Part shown: piece by piece, positions 18,333 to 28,938 of the stretch
Numbering within the stretch: the first letter of the stretch is position 1
Layout of the letters: each line of letters begins with the position of its first letter
Made by a program: the position numbers and the translations under genes
Origin: a virus
Taxonomy: Duplodnaviria; Caudoviricetes
Length of the DNA stretch: 62,876 nucleotides
Direction: 5' to 3' (one strand)
IMG/VR virus record: IMGVR_UViG_3300037558_002528
Coordinates: 1 to 62,876 of that record
The notes under the pieces: model-generated
Seen by the model: the letters and a program-made list of their open reading frames with translations, nothing else
What the model was told of the DNA's origin: nothing
The model's database searches: none

Positions 18333-18890
18333 TTATGCTTTAACTTCGATGCTCTGGCGGTCGAAATCCCAGAAGTGAGCTAGCAACTGTTTGTAGAAAG
18401 GGATCTTTACCACCGAGGCCTTATCGTTTCTCGCAATCTTGAGCTGATTTTCACAGATGATGACAAGGGCAGTAAGAGCTGGCGGCTCACCTCCCTCTAT
18501 TGTTAAGAGCCGGGATTCCCACTTGGAAAGATCGGACTCCACAAAATCACGTTCCCCAGCAAGAGCAATGTCAGCCAATAGAGCTTTGTAGCTCTTCGCA
18601 AACTCGGCATGTTTCTTTGAGCGGTCCGCGAATGAAAACACCAGGGAAAGAGTAGACGAAGCTGTAATAGCCAGGGCAATACGAGTGAGGGCAACTGGAT
18701 CGGCTAATTTTGCGAGTGCAGCCGAGCCGCCAATAACCGCAATTGCCTTACCGCATTTATCGAAAAGTTCAAAAAAGCGTTCCCGCTTCTGATGATAGAC
18801 GCAGGAAATCTCTGCCCTGCAGAGGATTTCATCACGCTTTTCCCAAAGGTAATCTTCGGCGGTCTTTTCAGTTTGCGGATTATCACTCAT
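18333..18890 (-). CDS. SLATT-like two-TM protein at the rexAB position (candidate defence effector)
   Basis: YHQKRERFF helix, two TM helices, then KKHAEFAKSYKAL...EPP; low GC; downstream of cI. Confidence 0.6.
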   Translation of the reverse strand: MSDNPQTEKTAEDYLWEKRDEILCRAEISCVYHQKRERFFELFDKCGKAIAVIGGSAALAKLADPVALTRIALAITASSTLSLVFSFADRSKKHAEFAKSYKALLADIALAGERDFVESDLSKWESRLLTIEGGEPPALTALVIICENQLKIARNDKASVVKIPFYKQLLAHFWDFDRQSIEVKA

Positions 18891-19087
18891 TTTTTTGGTG
18901 GCCTTGGAGGCGTTCTGGCTTTCGTTGAGACAGGCATGATTTCTTTGCCGTCCATTCCAATACTACACCCGTCAGTCGATCGGTGTCGAATTGATCCTCT
19001 TTGGGAGGCGAGCGGCTTTTCCGCTTTTGCTTTATTGGCAGAATTTGATGAACTGGACGTCGAAGGCGTTCTCTTGATGTTTGACAT
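18887..19087 (-). CDS. Small disordered peptide ending TPPRPPKK, coupled to the 2TM gene
   Basis: SD AAGGG, ATGA overlap with 18890 start. Confidence 0.55.
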   Translation of the reverse strand: MSNIKRTPSTSSSSNSANKAKAEKPLASQRGSIRHRSTDGCSIGMDGKEIMPVSTKARTPPRPPKK

Positions 19088-19120
19088 GATGCCCTTTCTT
19101 GGCACAACGGGAGCGTTTTG

Positions 19121-19804
19121 TTAGAAGTGTTCTCTCTGCAATAGAACGACACGACCAATCACAATGCACGTCGCCTGAGTGCATTCGTGCCGGTGATAGC
19201 GCTTCTGGTCCGGGTTATCCGAAACCAGGAACCATCGACCAAAGTCGCGCACCATGCGCTTGATGATGTCTTCGCCATCAAAGTTGATCGCATAGACCTC
19301 ACCATCCTTCGGGACGGTGTCCGCGACGTTGATGACGACCGTATCCCCATCGGACATGGTTGGTTCCATACTCTCACCCTTGACCCCCACGGCGATGAGC
19401 TTGGCGGCGCTGTATCCCTTCTTAAGCAGCCATTCCTTTCGGAAAGTGATCGGACGGCCTTCGTCCGGCACCTCGATTGATTCGAAGCCGGTGATGCCGG
19501 CAGACAGTTTCAACTTCACTTTTTTTATTTCTATAAAGTCGGGGTTGTCTGGATCGTGCTCGATAACCCTGGTGTAGTTCTTCGGCAACGCGGGCGCCTC
19601 GGCCTCGCCGTAGCGGAGAAACACTTCCGACACGCCCAGGTACTCCGCCGTCAGGCGAAGATTGTCCCCTCGCGGCTCGGAAGCGCCAGCGATCCACTTT
19701 TGCACGGCCTGCGGGCTGACCCCGACGAATCGGGCCATCTCGGACTGGTTGCCACCGTTCTTGGCATTCAGTGCCTGGCGTATGCGGTCATTCATATTTT
19801 CCAT
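19121..19804 (-). CDS. CI-like repressor (XRE HTH plus S24 autoprotease)
   Basis: NQSEMARFVGVSPQAVQKW HTH, SAG cleavage site, VKGESMEP, IIKR; start may be 19795. Confidence 0.93.
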   Translation of the reverse strand: MENMNDRIRQALNAKNGGNQSEMARFVGVSPQAVQKWIAGASEPRGDNLRLTAEYLGVSEVFLRYGEAEAPALPKNYTRVIEHDPDNPDFIEIKKVKLKLSAGITGFESIEVPDEGRPITFRKEWLLKKGYSAAKLIAVGVKGESMEPTMSDGDTVVINVADTVPKDGEVYAINFDGEDIIKRMVRDFGRWFLVSDNPDQKRYHRHECTQATCIVIGRVVLLQREHF

Positions 19805-19815
19805 TCTCGCGAGAT

Positions 19816-19890
19816 TACAAATAGCCGTTGTAAATTGCACTGCAAATATTGGTTGTAGAAATTCGCTCGTTGTTGTAACTTATGGTTGTA
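19816..19890. promoter_or_regulatory. OR-like operators (three 17-bp sites)
   Basis: TACAAA-tagcc-GTTGTA, TGCAAA-tattg-GTTGTA, TGTAAC-ttatg-GTTGTA between divergent cI and cro. Confidence 0.8.
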
Positions 19891-19911
19891 ATCAACTCGT
19901 CTCTTACAACC

Positions 19912-20208
19912 ATGGACCTCATCGAAGAAACTGGCATTGCCAAGGCGGTGCGCCTTGCCGGTAGCCAAACGGCACTGGCCAACGGCATATCCCAGATTGC
20001 GGAGGCCAAGGGCGGCAAAGGCGTCACGCCTCAAGCAGTGCAGAAATGGGCCGCTCAGGGCTTTGCGCCGCCGGAGCGCTGTCGCGAAATCGAGGACTTC
20101 CTCGAGAAACGCGTTACCCGATACCAGCTGAACCCGGCCATCTTCGGTTCCGCTGAGGATGCAATTGCCGCCGCTCAGGTGCCGACAGCTGAACAGGTGC
20201 AACCGTGA
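19912..20208 (+). CDS. Cro/YdaS-like repressor
   Basis: KAVRLAGSQTALA, VTPQAVQKW, VTRYQLNPAIF; divergent from cI. Confidence 0.88.
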   Translation: MDLIEETGIAKAVRLAGSQTALANGISQIAEAKGGKGVTPQAVQKWAAQGFAPPERCREIEDFLEKRVTRYQLNPAIFGSAEDAIAAAQVPTAEQVQP

Positions 20209-20522
20209 GCACCGCCGCAGACCCAGTCTCGCCGGACCTTGCGGAAATTACACGCAAGACCGGTGCACGAATTCAATCCGACATCTTGTCGCGCCTTGCA
20301 CACGTCACGCAGGAGCATGCAGCGACTTGCATGAACGTTGATCCGAGCACGGTCAGCCGCCTGAAATCCGGTCTGGACCAGTTCTGCCTGCTGCTGGCCG
20401 CCATCGGCTTCCAGGTCGCCGCCTCCGATTCCGTCGTCATCAGCCAGAAGGAGCTGTCCGGCCTGAAGTACTTGGCCGCGCGGTACCTGGAGGCCGACAT
20501 GCAGAAGGACATCCGGCTGTGA
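20205..20522 (+). CDS. CII-like transcription activator
   Basis: Position after cro; IQSDILSRL...QEHAA..MNVDPSTVSRLK. Confidence 0.8.
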   Translation: MSTAADPVSPDLAEITRKTGARIQSDILSRLAHVTQEHAATCMNVDPSTVSRLKSGLDQFCLLLAAIGFQVAASDSVVISQKELSGLKYLAARYLEADMQKDIRL

Positions 20523-20848
20523 AACACAATCCCGCCGTCAGCGAACAGATCGTCGCCTTCCTGGAAGCGAATCCGGGCAGCCGCTTGGGCGAAGTCCAGC
20601 AGCATGTGCTAGGCCTGGGCCTGTCCACGGAGAAGGGCATCCAGAACGTCATTCACCACCTGGTGAAAAAGGAAGCGCTGAAGGTCGACCGAACCAAATA
20701 CAACGCCTTCCGCTACTCGATCAACGATGAGACGCGCCATGTGATCCGCGTCGAAGCCGCGCGCTTCGAGATACCCGCGGAGTTGGCCGGGCCCGTCGTG
20801 CCGCCCATGGTCTGGTCGATGCGGCATCTGCTGGGAGCCGCGTCATGA
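20519..20848 (+). CDS. Winged-HTH-like hypothetical protein
   Basis: QIVAFLEANPG pattern, coupled ORF. Confidence 0.55.
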   Translation: MKHNPAVSEQIVAFLEANPGSRLGEVQQHVLGLGLSTEKGIQNVIHHLVKKEALKVDRTKYNAFRYSINDETRHVIRVEAARFEIPAELAGPVVPPMVWSMRHLLGAAS

Positions 20849-21429
20849 TGCCCGTCAAAGCCTTGGATGCAGCCCGTTACGGCAGGCTGGTTCCTATCGT
20901 CCATCAGCGTGGAGGGTGGCTATGTCGCTGCGATTGTGGCGCTGAATGCGTGGTCACGGGCTCTCATTTGCGCGAGGGACGAGTGCAGTCCTGTGGCTGC
21001 CTGAATCGCGAAAAACGCGCTCAGGCGAAGAAGCACGGTATGCGTCACAGCCGAACCTGGACCATCTGGAATCTGATGCGCCAACGCTGCACCAATCCGA
21101 AAAATGGTTCGTTCAAGAACTATGGCGCGCGCGGCATCACCGTCTGCGAGCGCTGGTCGGACTTTTCAGCATTTCTTGCTGATATGGGAGAAGCCCCCGC
21201 TGACCGGACTATCGAACGCATCCGCAACAACGAAGGGTATGCACCGGAAAACTGCCGGTGGGCGACTCGTGCTGAACAGGCCCTGAACACTCGCCGGAAC
21301 CGGCTTATCACGCTCGCCGGACGGACCCAACCGCTCCTGCTTTGGTGCCAGGAATTGCAAATTCCATATTGGACTGCACACGCTCGTCTTCGTCGTGGGG
21401 CATCACCTGAAAAGGCCCTTGCCAAATGA
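20845..21429 (+). CDS. HNH-type (homing-endonuclease-like) nuclease
   Basis: WLCRCDCG, RCTNP...YGARGITVCERW, TIERIRNNEGYAPENCRWAT. Confidence 0.85.
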   Translation: MMPVKALDAARYGRLVPIVHQRGGWLCRCDCGAECVVTGSHLREGRVQSCGCLNREKRAQAKKHGMRHSRTWTIWNLMRQRCTNPKNGSFKNYGARGITVCERWSDFSAFLADMGEAPADRTIERIRNNEGYAPENCRWATRAEQALNTRRNRLITLAGRTQPLLLWCQELQIPYWTAHARLRRGASPEKALAK

Positions 21430-23942
21430 AAGATTACGAAGACTTTTTGCGCGAGAAAATTCGACTTGCATCATTCGCTGGCTTTGCCATTGAGGATAGT
21501 GAGCTGAATCCAAATCTCCGTCCCCATACTCGCGATATTGTCAAATGGGCCTTACTGGGCGGCCAGCGCGCCATTTTCGCCAGCTTCGGCCTGCACAAGA
21601 CAGCAACCCAGCTCGAGATCATGCGCCAGGTCGGTATCCATCGCCCCGGCCTGCGCCTGATCTGCATGCCGCTGGGCGTGCGACAGGAGTTCGTGCGCGA
21701 GGCCGCCGAGCGCTTCGCCGGCGACTGCGCCATGGACCTGCGCTTCATCCGCTCGGACGCCGAGATCGGCGACGAACGCACCGTCTACCTGACCAATTAC
21801 GAGAGCATCCGCGAGGGCAAGCTTGATGTCTCCCGCTTCCGGGCGACCAGCCTGGACGAGGCGAGCGTGCTGCGCAGCTACGGCAGCAAGACCTATCAGG
21901 AATTCCTCCCGGCGTTCGCGCCCGTCGAATTCAAGTTCGTGGCCACGGCCACGCCCAGCCCCAACCGGTTCAAGGAATTGATCCACTACGCCGGCTACCT
22001 GGGTGTCATGGACACCGGCCAGGCGCTGACCCGCTTCTTCCAGCGTGATGCGGAGAAGGCCGGGAACCTGACCCTGTACCCGCATAAGACTGAAGAGTTT
22101 TGGATGTGGGTGGCCAGCTGGGCGGTGTTCATCCAGCGCCCGAGCGATCTCGGCCACAGCGACGAGGGCTACGTGCTGCCCGAGCTGGACGTTCGGTACC
22201 ACGAGGTGCCCAGCAACTACGGCGCGGCCGGTACCGAGAAGAACGGGCAGGGCCTGCTCATCCCCGACGTGGCCATGGGCCTGTCCGCTGCAGCCGAAGA
22301 GAAGCGCAACAGCATGCCGGCGCGCGTGGCCCTGGTGGCCGACCTGGTCGCCCAGGATCCGGAAGATCACTTCATCGTCTGGCACGACCTGGAAGACGAG
22401 CGCCATGCCATCCAGCAGGCCGTCCCGGAAGCGGTCAGCGTCTGGGGCACCCAGGACTTGGAGGTGCGCGAAGAGCGTATTCGTGACTTCAGCGATGGGA
22501 AATGCCGCGTGCTATCCACTAAGCCGATCATCGCGGGCTCCGGCTGCAACCTGCAGCGGCATTGCCACCGCGAGATCTTCGCGGGGATCGGCTTCAAGTT
22601 CAACGATTTCATTCAGTCAATTCACCGGGTCCACCGCTTCGGCCAGCGCCAGCGCGTGCGCATCGACATCGTGCACACGGAATCCGAGCGCGAGGTCCTG
22701 CGCACGCTGCGCGCCAAGTGGGACCAGCACATCGAAATGGGCAACAAGATGACAGAAATTATCCGGAAATTCGGGCTGAGCCAGCTGGCCATGCAGGAGA
22801 CGCTGTCCCGCTCCATCGGCGTCGAGCGGATCGAGGTGCGCGGCGACCGCTTCGCGGTGGCGAACAATGACTGCGTGGCCGAGGCTAAGCTCCAGCCCGA
22901 CAACTCGGTCGGCCTGATCGTCACCAGCATCCCTTTCGCCAACCACTACGAATACACCCCGAGTTACAACGACTTCGGCCACACCCAGGACAACGCCCAC
23001 TTCTGGGCCCAGATGGATTTCCTCACGCCCGAGCTGCACCGGATCCTGCAGCCCGGTCGCATCTACTGCTGCCACGTGAAGGACCGCATCAACTTCGGGA
23101 ACGTCACCGGTGCGGGTGTCCCCACCGTCAGCCCGTTCCACGCGGAAGCCCTGTTCCATGGCCTGAAGCATGGCTTCGACTACATGGGCATGATCACCGT
23201 GGTCACCGACGTGGTGCGCGAGAACAACCAGACCTACCGCCTGGGCTACACCGAGATGTGCAAGGACGGCACGAAGATGGGCGTAGGCTCCCCCGAGTAC
23301 GTCCTGCTCTTCCACAAGCCGCAGTCCGACCGCTCGCGTGGCTACGCCGACGTCCCGGTGAAGAAATCGAAGGACGAATACAGCCTGGCCCGGTGGCAGG
23401 TCGATGCGCATGCCTTCTGGCGCTCCAGTGGCAACCGCCTGCTGTCGGCCGACGAGATGGCCGCCTACGGCCCGGAGAAGCTCGCCAAGATGTTCACCGA
23501 GCACAGCCTCGAGAACGTCTATGACTTTGATTTCCACGTGCGCGTGGGCGAGCAGCTGCTGGAGCGCCAGGCGCTGCCCAGCACCTTCATGAGCCTCGCG
23601 CCCGGCAGCCATCACCCTGACGTGTGGCACGACGTGCTGCGGATGAAGACTCTCAACGGCGAGCAGGCCAACCGCGCGGTCGAGAAACACATCTGCCCCC
23701 TGCAGTTCGACATCGTGGACCGGCTCATTGAGCGCTACAGCAATCCCGGCGACCTTGTCTATGACCCGTTCCATGGCCTGGGCACGGTCGGTGTGCGCGC
23801 CATCAAGGCAAGTCGGCGCGCTGGCGGCTCCGAGTTGAACCCGGCCTATTTCCTTGATCAGGTCCACTACCTGCGCGCCATGGAGCGCGAGGTCAGCATG
23901 CCGACCCTGTTCGACTTCGATGAAATCGAGCGTGCTGCATGA
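21426..23942 (+). CDS. SNF2-like helicase fused to an N6A/N4C DNA methyltransferase
   Basis: GLHKT, LDEAS, ATATP, QSIHRVHRFGQ; then TSIPF, HICPLQ, DPFHGLGT. Confidence 0.88.
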   Translation: MKDYEDFLREKIRLASFAGFAIEDSELNPNLRPHTRDIVKWALLGGQRAIFASFGLHKTATQLEIMRQVGIHRPGLRLICMPLGVRQEFVREAAERFAGDCAMDLRFIRSDAEIGDERTVYLTNYESIREGKLDVSRFRATSLDEASVLRSYGSKTYQEFLPAFAPVEFKFVATATPSPNRFKELIHYAGYLGVMDTGQALTRFFQRDAEKAGNLTLYPHKTEEFWMWVASWAVFIQRPSDLGHSDEGYVLPELDVRYHEVPSNYGAAGTEKNGQGLLIPDVAMGLSAAAEEKRNSMPARVALVADLVAQDPEDHFIVWHDLEDERHAIQQAVPEAVSVWGTQDLEVREERIRDFSDGKCRVLSTKPIIAGSGCNLQRHCHREIFAGIGFKFNDFIQSIHRVHRFGQRQRVRIDIVHTESEREVLRTLRAKWDQHIEMGNKMTEIIRKFGLSQLAMQETLSRSIGVERIEVRGDRFAVANNDCVAEAKLQPDNSVGLIVTSIPFANHYEYTPSYNDFGHTQDNAHFWAQMDFLTPELHRILQPGRIYCCHVKDRINFGNVTGAGVPTVSPFHAEALFHGLKHGFDYMGMITVVTDVVRENNQTYRLGYTEMCKDGTKMGVGSPEYVLLFHKPQSDRSRGYADVPVKKSKDEYSLARWQVDAHAFWRSSGNRLLSADEMAAYGPEKLAKMFTEHSLENVYDFDFHVRVGEQLLERQALPSTFMSLAPGSHHPDVWHDVLRMKTLNGEQANRAVEKHICPLQFDIVDRLIERYSNPGDLVYDPFHGLGTVGVRAIKASRRAGGSELNPAYFLDQVHYLRAMEREVSMPTLFDFDEIERAA

Positions 23943-24396
23943 TCCCGGTTGAGCAACCATTCCTGGCCACTGGCGAGACCTGGATGCAGGTCCGCGACGG
24001 CAATGCGACAGCTAGAGCACTGTTCGACCGCCACTACTCTCGGTACCGATACAAGGACGGCCGCGACCAATCGCGCTTCGTCGGCCCGGGCGAGAAGATG
24101 GTGCTGCTCACCCCATGCGCCCGCGCTCTGTGCGCCTGGCGCCGCTTTATCAGCGCTGACGATCAGGTCGGCGTGAACTGCGCAATTTTCAGGAACGAGG
24201 GCGCTGGGCTCTCCAGTCTCCTCATTCAAGCCGCCATGCAGATGGCTTGGCAGCGTTGGCCTGGCCAGCGCCTCTACACCTACGTCAATCCCCGCAAAGT
24301 CGCCAGTGCAAATCCCGGCTACTGCTTCAAGCAGGCCGGCTGGCGCCTTTGCGGCATCACCAAGACCCGAAGGCTCTTGGTGCTGGAGGTATTCCC

Positions 24397-24400
<4 letters not shown>
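23939..24400 (+). CDS. Phage protein, possibly Mom/XF1762-like GNAT fold
   Basis: RHYS, IFRNEG...SS.LI, LYTYV...NPGYCFKQAGW..CG.TK; directly after the MTase; function tentative. Confidence 0.5.
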
Positions 24401-25559
<1,159 letters not shown>

Positions 25560-25563
<4 letters not shown>

Positions 25564-25991
25564 CCGCCGCGCCCGGCATGTGCTCCGCCTACGGCTGCCC
25601 GTGCGCGGCCACCGCCTCCAACGGCGGCAGCAGCTGGTTCTGCACCTACCACTTCGGCACCGAGGCCACCTCATGGGCGCGCATCACCCTGGAGCTCAAG
25701 CGCCTGGAGTGGCTGCTGACCGTCTGCCGTGGCATCCGCGTCTGGTACGGCACCGAGCGCTGGGAGCGCGTGTACCGGCTGATCCAGAAGGACATCGTCC
25801 TGCACCAGCGCAGCGACCTGCTGTTCAACCGAGAGGTCGACGGCAACGTCACGAACTGGCTGCGCCGGCCGGAGACGTTCATCGACCACTCCGTGCGCGG
25901 TTCCATGCAGCCAAGCCTCCCCGTGACACCCCAGCAGGTCGCCGTCCAGGACCCCGTTCAGCGCGTGCAGTTCGCTGCGCCCACCGCATAA
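25560..25991 (+). CDS. Phage hypothetical protein after initiator (CSAYGCP...C..H)
   Basis: Coupled ORF. Confidence 0.7.
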
Positions 25992-26020
25992 CCCACCACC
26001 ACCGAAAAGGAGAAACACCC

Positions 26021-26236
26021 ATGCCCACCTACCAAATCGGCTCCCGCCCCGCCCAAGGGAAAGACATCAGCCGCCCTGTGCGCCTTGGTGAGAAGTCGGC
26101 CACCGGCGGTGGCTATCGCCCAGGCGATCGCGTTCCCATCGTCGCCACCATGTCCAAGCCCGGCAAATACCAGCCGCACATCGGGGCGAAGGAATCGGCC
26201 AAGTTCGTTGCCCGCACCCGCGCTACGCACCGCTGA
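26021..26236 (+). CDS. Small basic phage protein
   Basis: SD AAGGAG. Confidence 0.55.
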   Translation: MPTYQIGSRPAQGKDISRPVRLGEKSATGGGYRPGDRVPIVATMSKPGKYQPHIGAKESAKFVARTRATHR

Positions 26237-26423
26237 CAGGGCGATTCGACCCCCATGCCCTCCGGCCGCTATGACCTGACCAAACTTGACGATTGCATAA
26301 GGCTCGTCAGGTCGACGGCCCCGAGGCAGGACCTGGCCAACGTGATGTTGGCCGCCATCGAAAGGATGCCCGGTGCACCTACCCGGGTTGAGATTCTGGA
26401 AACGATGAAAAAGGAGAAACACG

Positions 26424-27101
26424 ATGAAAGACGATGAGAGCCTGGACAGCCCGCTGGAGACCTCCGAGGACGAGGCGCGGCCGTATCGTGCTGGCGGTAA
26501 GAAGGCCGGCCAGGTGGTCGATGCCAACTACTGGGCCGGCGACGAGGAGGCCATCAGCAAGGCGCTGGTGGAGCTGGACGACATCGCCACGGCACATGAC
26601 CGGCACGAGCTGGGCCTGCCGCTGTGGCTGCCCGAGCAGCACGAGAAGCTGGCCGAGGTGCTGCGCAAGATGCTGGTGAAGCAGCGCGCCGACCTGATGC
26701 AGGCCCAGCCCGCCGACCCCACCAAGTATCTGCTCGGCGTCAAGTTCAGCGCCTCGGACGCCACCAAGATGGTGGAGGATGCCATCGCTGCGTCCGGTTA
26801 TCCCTGGACCGCCGCCGCCCGCGATGTCCTGGCCGAGCGCCGCCGGCAGCAGGAGGTGGAGGGCTGGACGCCTGAGCGTGATGACATGTACACCAATTGC
26901 GAGCTGGCACGTGCTGCTGCGACCTATTCGGTCTGCACGAGAGCCCATGAGCTGAAGGTCTGTGACGTCGTAGCTTGGCCGTGGCCGATTCACTGGTGGA
27001 AGCCGAGCACCTACCGCCGCAACCTCGAAAAGGCCGGCGCCCTCATCCTGGCCGAAATGGACCGCCTGGACCGCGCAGCGGAGAAGGGCGGTGCCGCATG
27101 A
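26424..27101 (+). CDS. Phage hypothetical protein
   Basis: AARDVLAERRRQ..VEGWTPE.DD, WPW...WWKP, KAGALILAE module common in lambdoid phages. Confidence 0.75.
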   Translation: MKDDESLDSPLETSEDEARPYRAGGKKAGQVVDANYWAGDEEAISKALVELDDIATAHDRHELGLPLWLPEQHEKLAEVLRKMLVKQRADLMQAQPADPTKYLLGVKFSASDATKMVEDAIAASGYPWTAAARDVLAERRRQQEVEGWTPERDDMYTNCELARAAATYSVCTRAHELKVCDVVAWPWPIHWWKPSTYRRNLEKAGALILAEMDRLDRAAEKGGAA

Positions 27102-27331
27102 CCACCGCAACCCTGTTCGACCAGGTCATCGCGCACCTGAACCTGAAGAACGACGCCGCCCTGGCGCGGCACCTGCAGACGGCCCCGCCGACCATCAGCA
27201 AGATGCGCAACAACGTCATCCCCCTGAGCGCCATCCTGATGGTGCGCATCAGCGAGGACACCGGCTGGCCGACCAAGCAGATCAAGGCGGTGATCGCCGA
27301 GGGCGATGGCCAGGAAGGCGGTGCCCGATGA
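27098..27331 (+). CDS. Small XRE-like HTH protein
   Basis: LKNDAALARHLQTAPPTISKMR. Confidence 0.75.
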   Translation: MTTATLFDQVIAHLNLKNDAALARHLQTAPPTISKMRNNVIPLSAILMVRISEDTGWPTKQIKAVIAEGDGQEGGAR

Positions 27332-27525
27332 GCAAGCTCACCATCCGCTTGGCTGTCCTGGAGGACGGCGACGAGGCCATGGCAGTCGATATCGGCTTCG
27401 CTGAGATGCATCAGGCGCTGGACGCATATTTCGACATGGTTTCGCGGCTGCTGTCTTGCGAAGAATTCGCCAAGTATCTGCAGGAGGTGAAGGATCACGT
27501 GGCCAGCATGGGGAGGTTGCAATGA
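27328..27525 (+). CDS. Phage hypothetical protein
   Basis: Coupled ORF. Confidence 0.5.
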   Translation: MSKLTIRLAVLEDGDEAMAVDIGFAEMHQALDAYFDMVSRLLSCEEFAKYLQEVKDHVASMGRLQ

Positions 27526-27848
27526 TCGCCGCCATTCCCGACGACGACCAGCCTCGCATCATTGAGCAGGTCGTCCGCCTTCCCGGCGTGGTTCATCGCG
27601 TCAACATCGGCACGATCACGGTCGAGGATCTGCCTGCGCCACCTTCGCGCGACCAGATGGTTGATATCGATGCGCTGGCCCAGCGCTTGGGCATCAAGCG
27701 TCAGCCCTCCAAATTGACGGAGTTCCAGGACATGCTACTGCAGGAGCTGGAGCGCCACGCCCACATGCCAACTCGGTTCCCGCCTCGTCGCTGCCTGTCC
27801 TGCGGAGCCCAGACCGACGCCGACGGCGACCTGCCGTGCGACCACTGA
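27522..27848 (+). CDS. Phage hypothetical protein (C-terminal CxxC...CDH)
   Basis: Coupled ORF. Confidence 0.55.
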   Translation: MIAAIPDDDQPRIIEQVVRLPGVVHRVNIGTITVEDLPAPPSRDQMVDIDALAQRLGIKRQPSKLTEFQDMLLQELERHAHMPTRFPPRRCLSCGAQTDADGDLPCDH

Positions 27849-28028
27849 GGAGAACCCCATGAACGCCATCCTTGCCGCCGCTCTGGTTCTGATCGCCGCC
27901 GTCGTGTTCCGTGGCGAGCCCTCCATCGCCGAGCTGGCCCGCCAGTACGTGCAGCTGCGCGTGCAGATCTATGCCGAGACCCATCCTGTCGCCGACGAAG
28001 AGCCGGCCACTACCGAAGGAGCATCCAA

Positions 28029-28229
28029 GTGACCAAGCGCAAAGTGATTTCCCGCAAGAACCTGCCCACCCGCATGCCGCTCGCGCTGACGATCGCGCTC
28101 GGTCTACTGCTCGACCGCTGCGCGGCTCCTGGCTGGGTCTGGGGCGTCGTCGGTACCCTCATGGCCGTGGTCTGGATCGCGGTGATCTTCGGCATGCTCA
28201 GCGAGGACGATGTTGAGGTGCTGAAGTGA
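28029..28229 (+). CDS. Small two-TM phage protein
   Basis: Hydrophobic pattern, coupled to rusA-like gene. Confidence 0.55.
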   Translation: MTKRKVISRKNLPTRMPLALTIALGLLLDRCAAPGWVWGVVGTLMAVVWIAVIFGMLSEDDVEVLK

Positions 28230-28711
28230 AGCCCATCACCCTGATCCTGCCGTATCCAGTCTCGGCCAACGCCTACTGGGCCACGCGCATCATCCCGGCC
28301 AACCGCGTGAAGCAGAAGCCGGCCATGGCCATCACCTACGTCACAAAGGAAGCCGAGGCCTACAAGACCGAGGTCGGCTGGAAGATCCGAGCCGCCGGCC
28401 TGGTGCAGCCCATCACCGGCCGCGTGCAGATCGACGTGCGCCTCTACCCGGCGCGCCCCCAGGACTGGCAGAAGCGCCAGCGCCAGGAGGGCGCCGCCTG
28501 GGATGACACAGTGCGCTGCATTGACCTCGACAACGCGAACAAGGTGCTGCTCGATGCCCTCAAGGGCGTGGCCATCGAGGATGACAAGTGGGTGCGCCGC
28601 ATCGTGGCCGAGCGCATGGAGCCCGACGCCGATGGCGCGCGCGTGGTGCTGACCATCACGCCGCTGGCCGTGGCGCAGCCGCAGGCTGGGCTGTTCGGGG
28701 AGGCGGCATGA
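28226..28711 (+). CDS. RusA-family Holliday junction resolvase
   Basis: LPYPVSANAYW, DLDNANKVLLDALKG, EDDKWV. Confidence 0.88.
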   Translation: MKPITLILPYPVSANAYWATRIIPANRVKQKPAMAITYVTKEAEAYKTEVGWKIRAAGLVQPITGRVQIDVRLYPARPQDWQKRQRQEGAAWDDTVRCIDLDNANKVLLDALKGVAIEDDKWVRRIVAERMEPDADGARVVLTITPLAVAQPQAGLFGEAA

Positions 28712-28938
28712 ATACCGTCGGGAAATGCTCGGGCCTGATGGGGAAGCTTCTCGGGCACCGCTTTGAAGCGCGCTACGACTACGGCGCGCCGACCATTCTC
28801 CCGGAGTATCTGCAAGGGCCTGCTTACCGGGTAATCGAACTCACCAAGTCAAGCCGCCCGATGGCCTACAAGCACGACATCTGTGCCCGTTGCGGGATGG
28901 TCAGGACATTGCACAGCCAGCAAAAGGTGATTTCATGA
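28708..28938 (+). CDS. Phage hypothetical protein (GH...CARCG)
   Basis: Coupled ORF. Confidence 0.6.
   Translation: MNTVGKCSGLMGKLLGHRFEARYDYGAPTILPEYLQGPAYRVIELTKSSRPMAYKHDICARCGMVRTLHSQQKVIS

Noticed and set aside
19790-19815. Leaderless cI transcript (GAGAAT seven nt before ATG 19795)
   Set aside because: Plausible by analogy with lambda, but no convincing -35 and the start codon is ambiguous
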